64,000 bases of DNA from the human T2T-CHM13v2.0 reference genome, Homo sapiens, in assembly GCF_009914755.1 (NCBI RefSeq), contig NC_060925.1; one strand, given 5' to 3'. The notes under the pieces were generated by a model. That model had not been told where the DNA came from. It ran no database searches and saw only the letters and a list, made by a program, of their open reading frames with translations. This document shows, piece by piece, positions 60,035 through 64,000 of the stretch (the stretch's first letter is position 1; each line of letters starts with the position of its first letter). Made by a program: the position numbers and the translations under genes.

Positions 60035-60081
60035 CTGTGTCTGTGTCTGTGTGTGTGTGTGTGCGTGAGCGTGCGCGCGCA
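60035..60081. repeat. (TG)n/(CG)n alternating purine-pyrimidine tract upstream of MRPS21
   Basis: tgtgtctgtgtctgtgtgtgtgtgtgtgcgtgagcgtgcgcgcgca. Confidence 0.8.
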
Positions 60082-60729
60082 CTCTCTCTCGGAGGTACGT
60101 TTTCCTACAGCCATTAGATGTTAACTTACGTGAATAACCATAAATGGATATGTACAGGTAGCATACAAATAGGAGGACGGGTGTCTCCACAGCGAAGAAG
60201 AAATTTAAAAGGAGGTTTTTCAGTAGGTCTCACTAGCACGAAAAGGCATAGAAGCTGACATAATTTTTTATTCTAAACCCTGCAGGTGTTTCCCATATAT
60301 CTTTATTGATTTCACTTTATGTAGTTAAATTAGTGGGAAGATGATATAGGAAACTCACAGTATGTTTATTTCTTTTCCTTAGCACTTAGGCAGATGACGT
60401 GTATGAATCAATCTATTTTTCGTCCGGAGAGCAGATCTCAAAGAGTCTGTCCTTTCCAAAGAGAAAACAGGAAGCATCCTCAGGAAGCGCCTACTTCTCT
60501 TGTTTTCCATCGAGAAAGAGAAATGGCTCAAATATTTATCAAGGATTTCACAGGATTAAGGGGTATGAAATTGGGCTGACCTTCTCAGAGGCCGAAGGAC
60601 TTCGACTCCATGAGAGGGCGAGAAACGTGTTTCGGGGGAATTTAAGTCAATGAGTATTTTGCTTTGTCAGGTGTAGAGTCCAGGCCCGGGGAAGAGAGGC
60701 AGTCAACAGAGGCCAGAAAGGACGTTGCT

Positions 60730-60850
60730 ATGGTTTCCACGCACGTTGTCTCCCTCGGCCTGTTTCTTTGCGCGGCGCTGGCGATTCCGTAATTTCCGCT
60801 TCCGGTAGTGAGAACCCTTCCGGTGGGCTAGGTACTGAGCGCGCGAGGTG
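60730..60850 (+). promoter_or_regulatory. MRPS21 promoter / non-coding first exon with tandem ETS (GABPA-type) sites
   Basis: CTTCCGG at 60799 and 60817, CpG-rich, donor GAG/GTGAGG after 60847. Confidence 0.7.
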
Positions 60851-61297
60851 AGGAGTTGTGCAGGGTTTGGGGAAAGGAAGGCTGGCTTGGCGAGAGGGCA
60901 GGTTTGCGGGCTTTCGCCCCCTTTTCCAAAGACCAACAAAGAGTCCTTCCCCAACTCCCAACTCAACCCCTTTTGGAACTATGTGTGGTGGTTGGGACCC
61001 TGTGGCGCATCCTTGTCGCTCGTGTCCTTCTCATGCCCGGCGACGCGTCTTTGTGGTAACGCCCTGCTGCCATCTCTTTTCTTCTCTCTGCGAGGATTTG
61101 GACTGGCAGTGAGAATAAGAGACAACGATTCACGTCTACTTTCTAGGATGACTTCCATGTGCTCCATCTCGCGCGTCCCTGAGCATGTTGAATTTCCAAA
61201 TCCTAAATAAGCCGCGCGGTGTAGTTTGTATTATGTTGCGTTTCTCTTTCTGCTTTCCTCGCCCTTTCTCCATCATCCTTTAGGCTCTACAGAGTGA

Positions 61298-61399
<102 letters not shown>

Positions 61400-61565
61400 T
61401 AACTGTTAAGGGACCAGAATCATGCCTAGACTCTCTGGGAAGTGCGGTGGTTATTCTCTCCCTTCCCCTTTCGTTGATTGTTCTCAAAACAGTGCCAGCC
61501 CAGGTGTTCACAGTCTCTTAAAACGTCTCAGCCCCTCAGTTTATTATCTTAAAAATGAAGTTCTG

Positions 61566-63222
<1,657 letters not shown>

Positions 63223-63393
63223 TTACCACTGAATTCTCAAGCAAAAAGTTCTTAACCTTCCCTTCTCACCAGTTGTGTGGATTTTGACTTTCTGGTATGA
63301 CTCACGCGTCATTTTCTTTCCCCAATGTGAAGTAACATTTGGAGAAACAAACGCTTGTTGAGTTGAATTATCAAAGAATTGTAAGGAAGGGGC

Positions 63394-63548
63394 TCCTGTA
63401 GTGCTAGCTGCTCCAGAGGCTGAGGCAAGAGGATTGCTTGAACCCAGGAGTTCAAGACTGTAGTGTGAGTGCACTCTTGTTGTGCCTGTGAATAACCACT
63501 CCACTCTAACCTAGGAAGCATAGTGAGACCATGTCTCTTAAAAAAAAT
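63394..63548 (+). mobile_element. FAM-type fossil Alu monomer (7SL-derived)
   Basis: Retains the 7SL-type segment GCCTGTGAATAACCAC..CACTC that dimeric Alus lack. It has an A tail and a probable duplication TGTAAGGAAG / TGTAGGAAAG. Confidence 0.7.
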
Positions 63549-64000
63549 GTAGGAAAGATATTGCATGGGCTGCATTAAGGCCTTTAATGTGGTAGCTTTA
63601 TTTCACAAGTAAGGGAAGCCTTGGAAGATCAGATTATCTTTATTGGGTTATGCAGTTATTGAATGGTGGAGAGGAGCCTAAAGCACATCTTTTTAGTGCA
63701 ATGTTCTTTAATAATTATTACTAGTCTTACTAGAAATGGAAAGACTTATGGTGGTTCATTTTCCAATTTAGAATCCTTGTCTTGTCATTTCAGCAGGTGT
63801 CGCTTTAAAAAAAAAACCAGAATCCTCATCTGATTGGGTTTAAATATTGGTAGGGTTCTTGAGGACTGAGAGGGCAAAGGAAAGGGAACCTAGTTCTTAG
63901 CAAAGCAGAGAGTTCTAGGTGTGGAAGGCTGGATGGCAGAAGACCACAGTGAGGAAAAAAATGCTGTCAGCCGGGCGCGGTGGCTCATGCCTGTAATCCC

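Overview
Human genomic DNA; the gene order matches chr1q21.2. It is gene-dense and extremely Alu-rich. In order, the window holds: the 5' end of ANP32E (- strand, coding exon 1 and CpG-island promoter); a full-length diverged U2 snRNA copy; about 18 kb of Alu/LTR/L1 sequence; complete CA14 (+, 11 coding exons, 337 aa) with a U13/SNORD13 retrocopy in intron 3; complete APH1A (-, 265-aa and 247-aa isoforms), converging on CA14; complete C1orf54 (+, 131 aa); complete CIART/CHRONO (+, 385 aa) with an E-box/D-box clock promoter; a Y4 RNA 5' fragment; and the 5' end of MRPS21 (+). I reconstructed all exon chains by hand from GT-AG junctions, and the complete genes add up to whole codons of the expected length. 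I see no wholly new multi-gene system. The best leads are: (i) C1orf54 reads as a signal peptide + acidic Tyr-rich head + Thr-rich stalk + GPI-type tail; (ii) the U2 copy keeps gene-like 3' flanking signals; (iii) the intronic, sense-oriented U13 copy has intact C/D boxes; (iv) APH1A intron 4 is in frame and stop-free; (v) the CIART 3' UTR has a compact Pumilio-ARE-Pumilio module; (vi) uORFs are built by a microsatellite and by a splice junction. Gene and repeat-family names come from recall of known sequences, not from a database search. Repeat boundaries are approximate.
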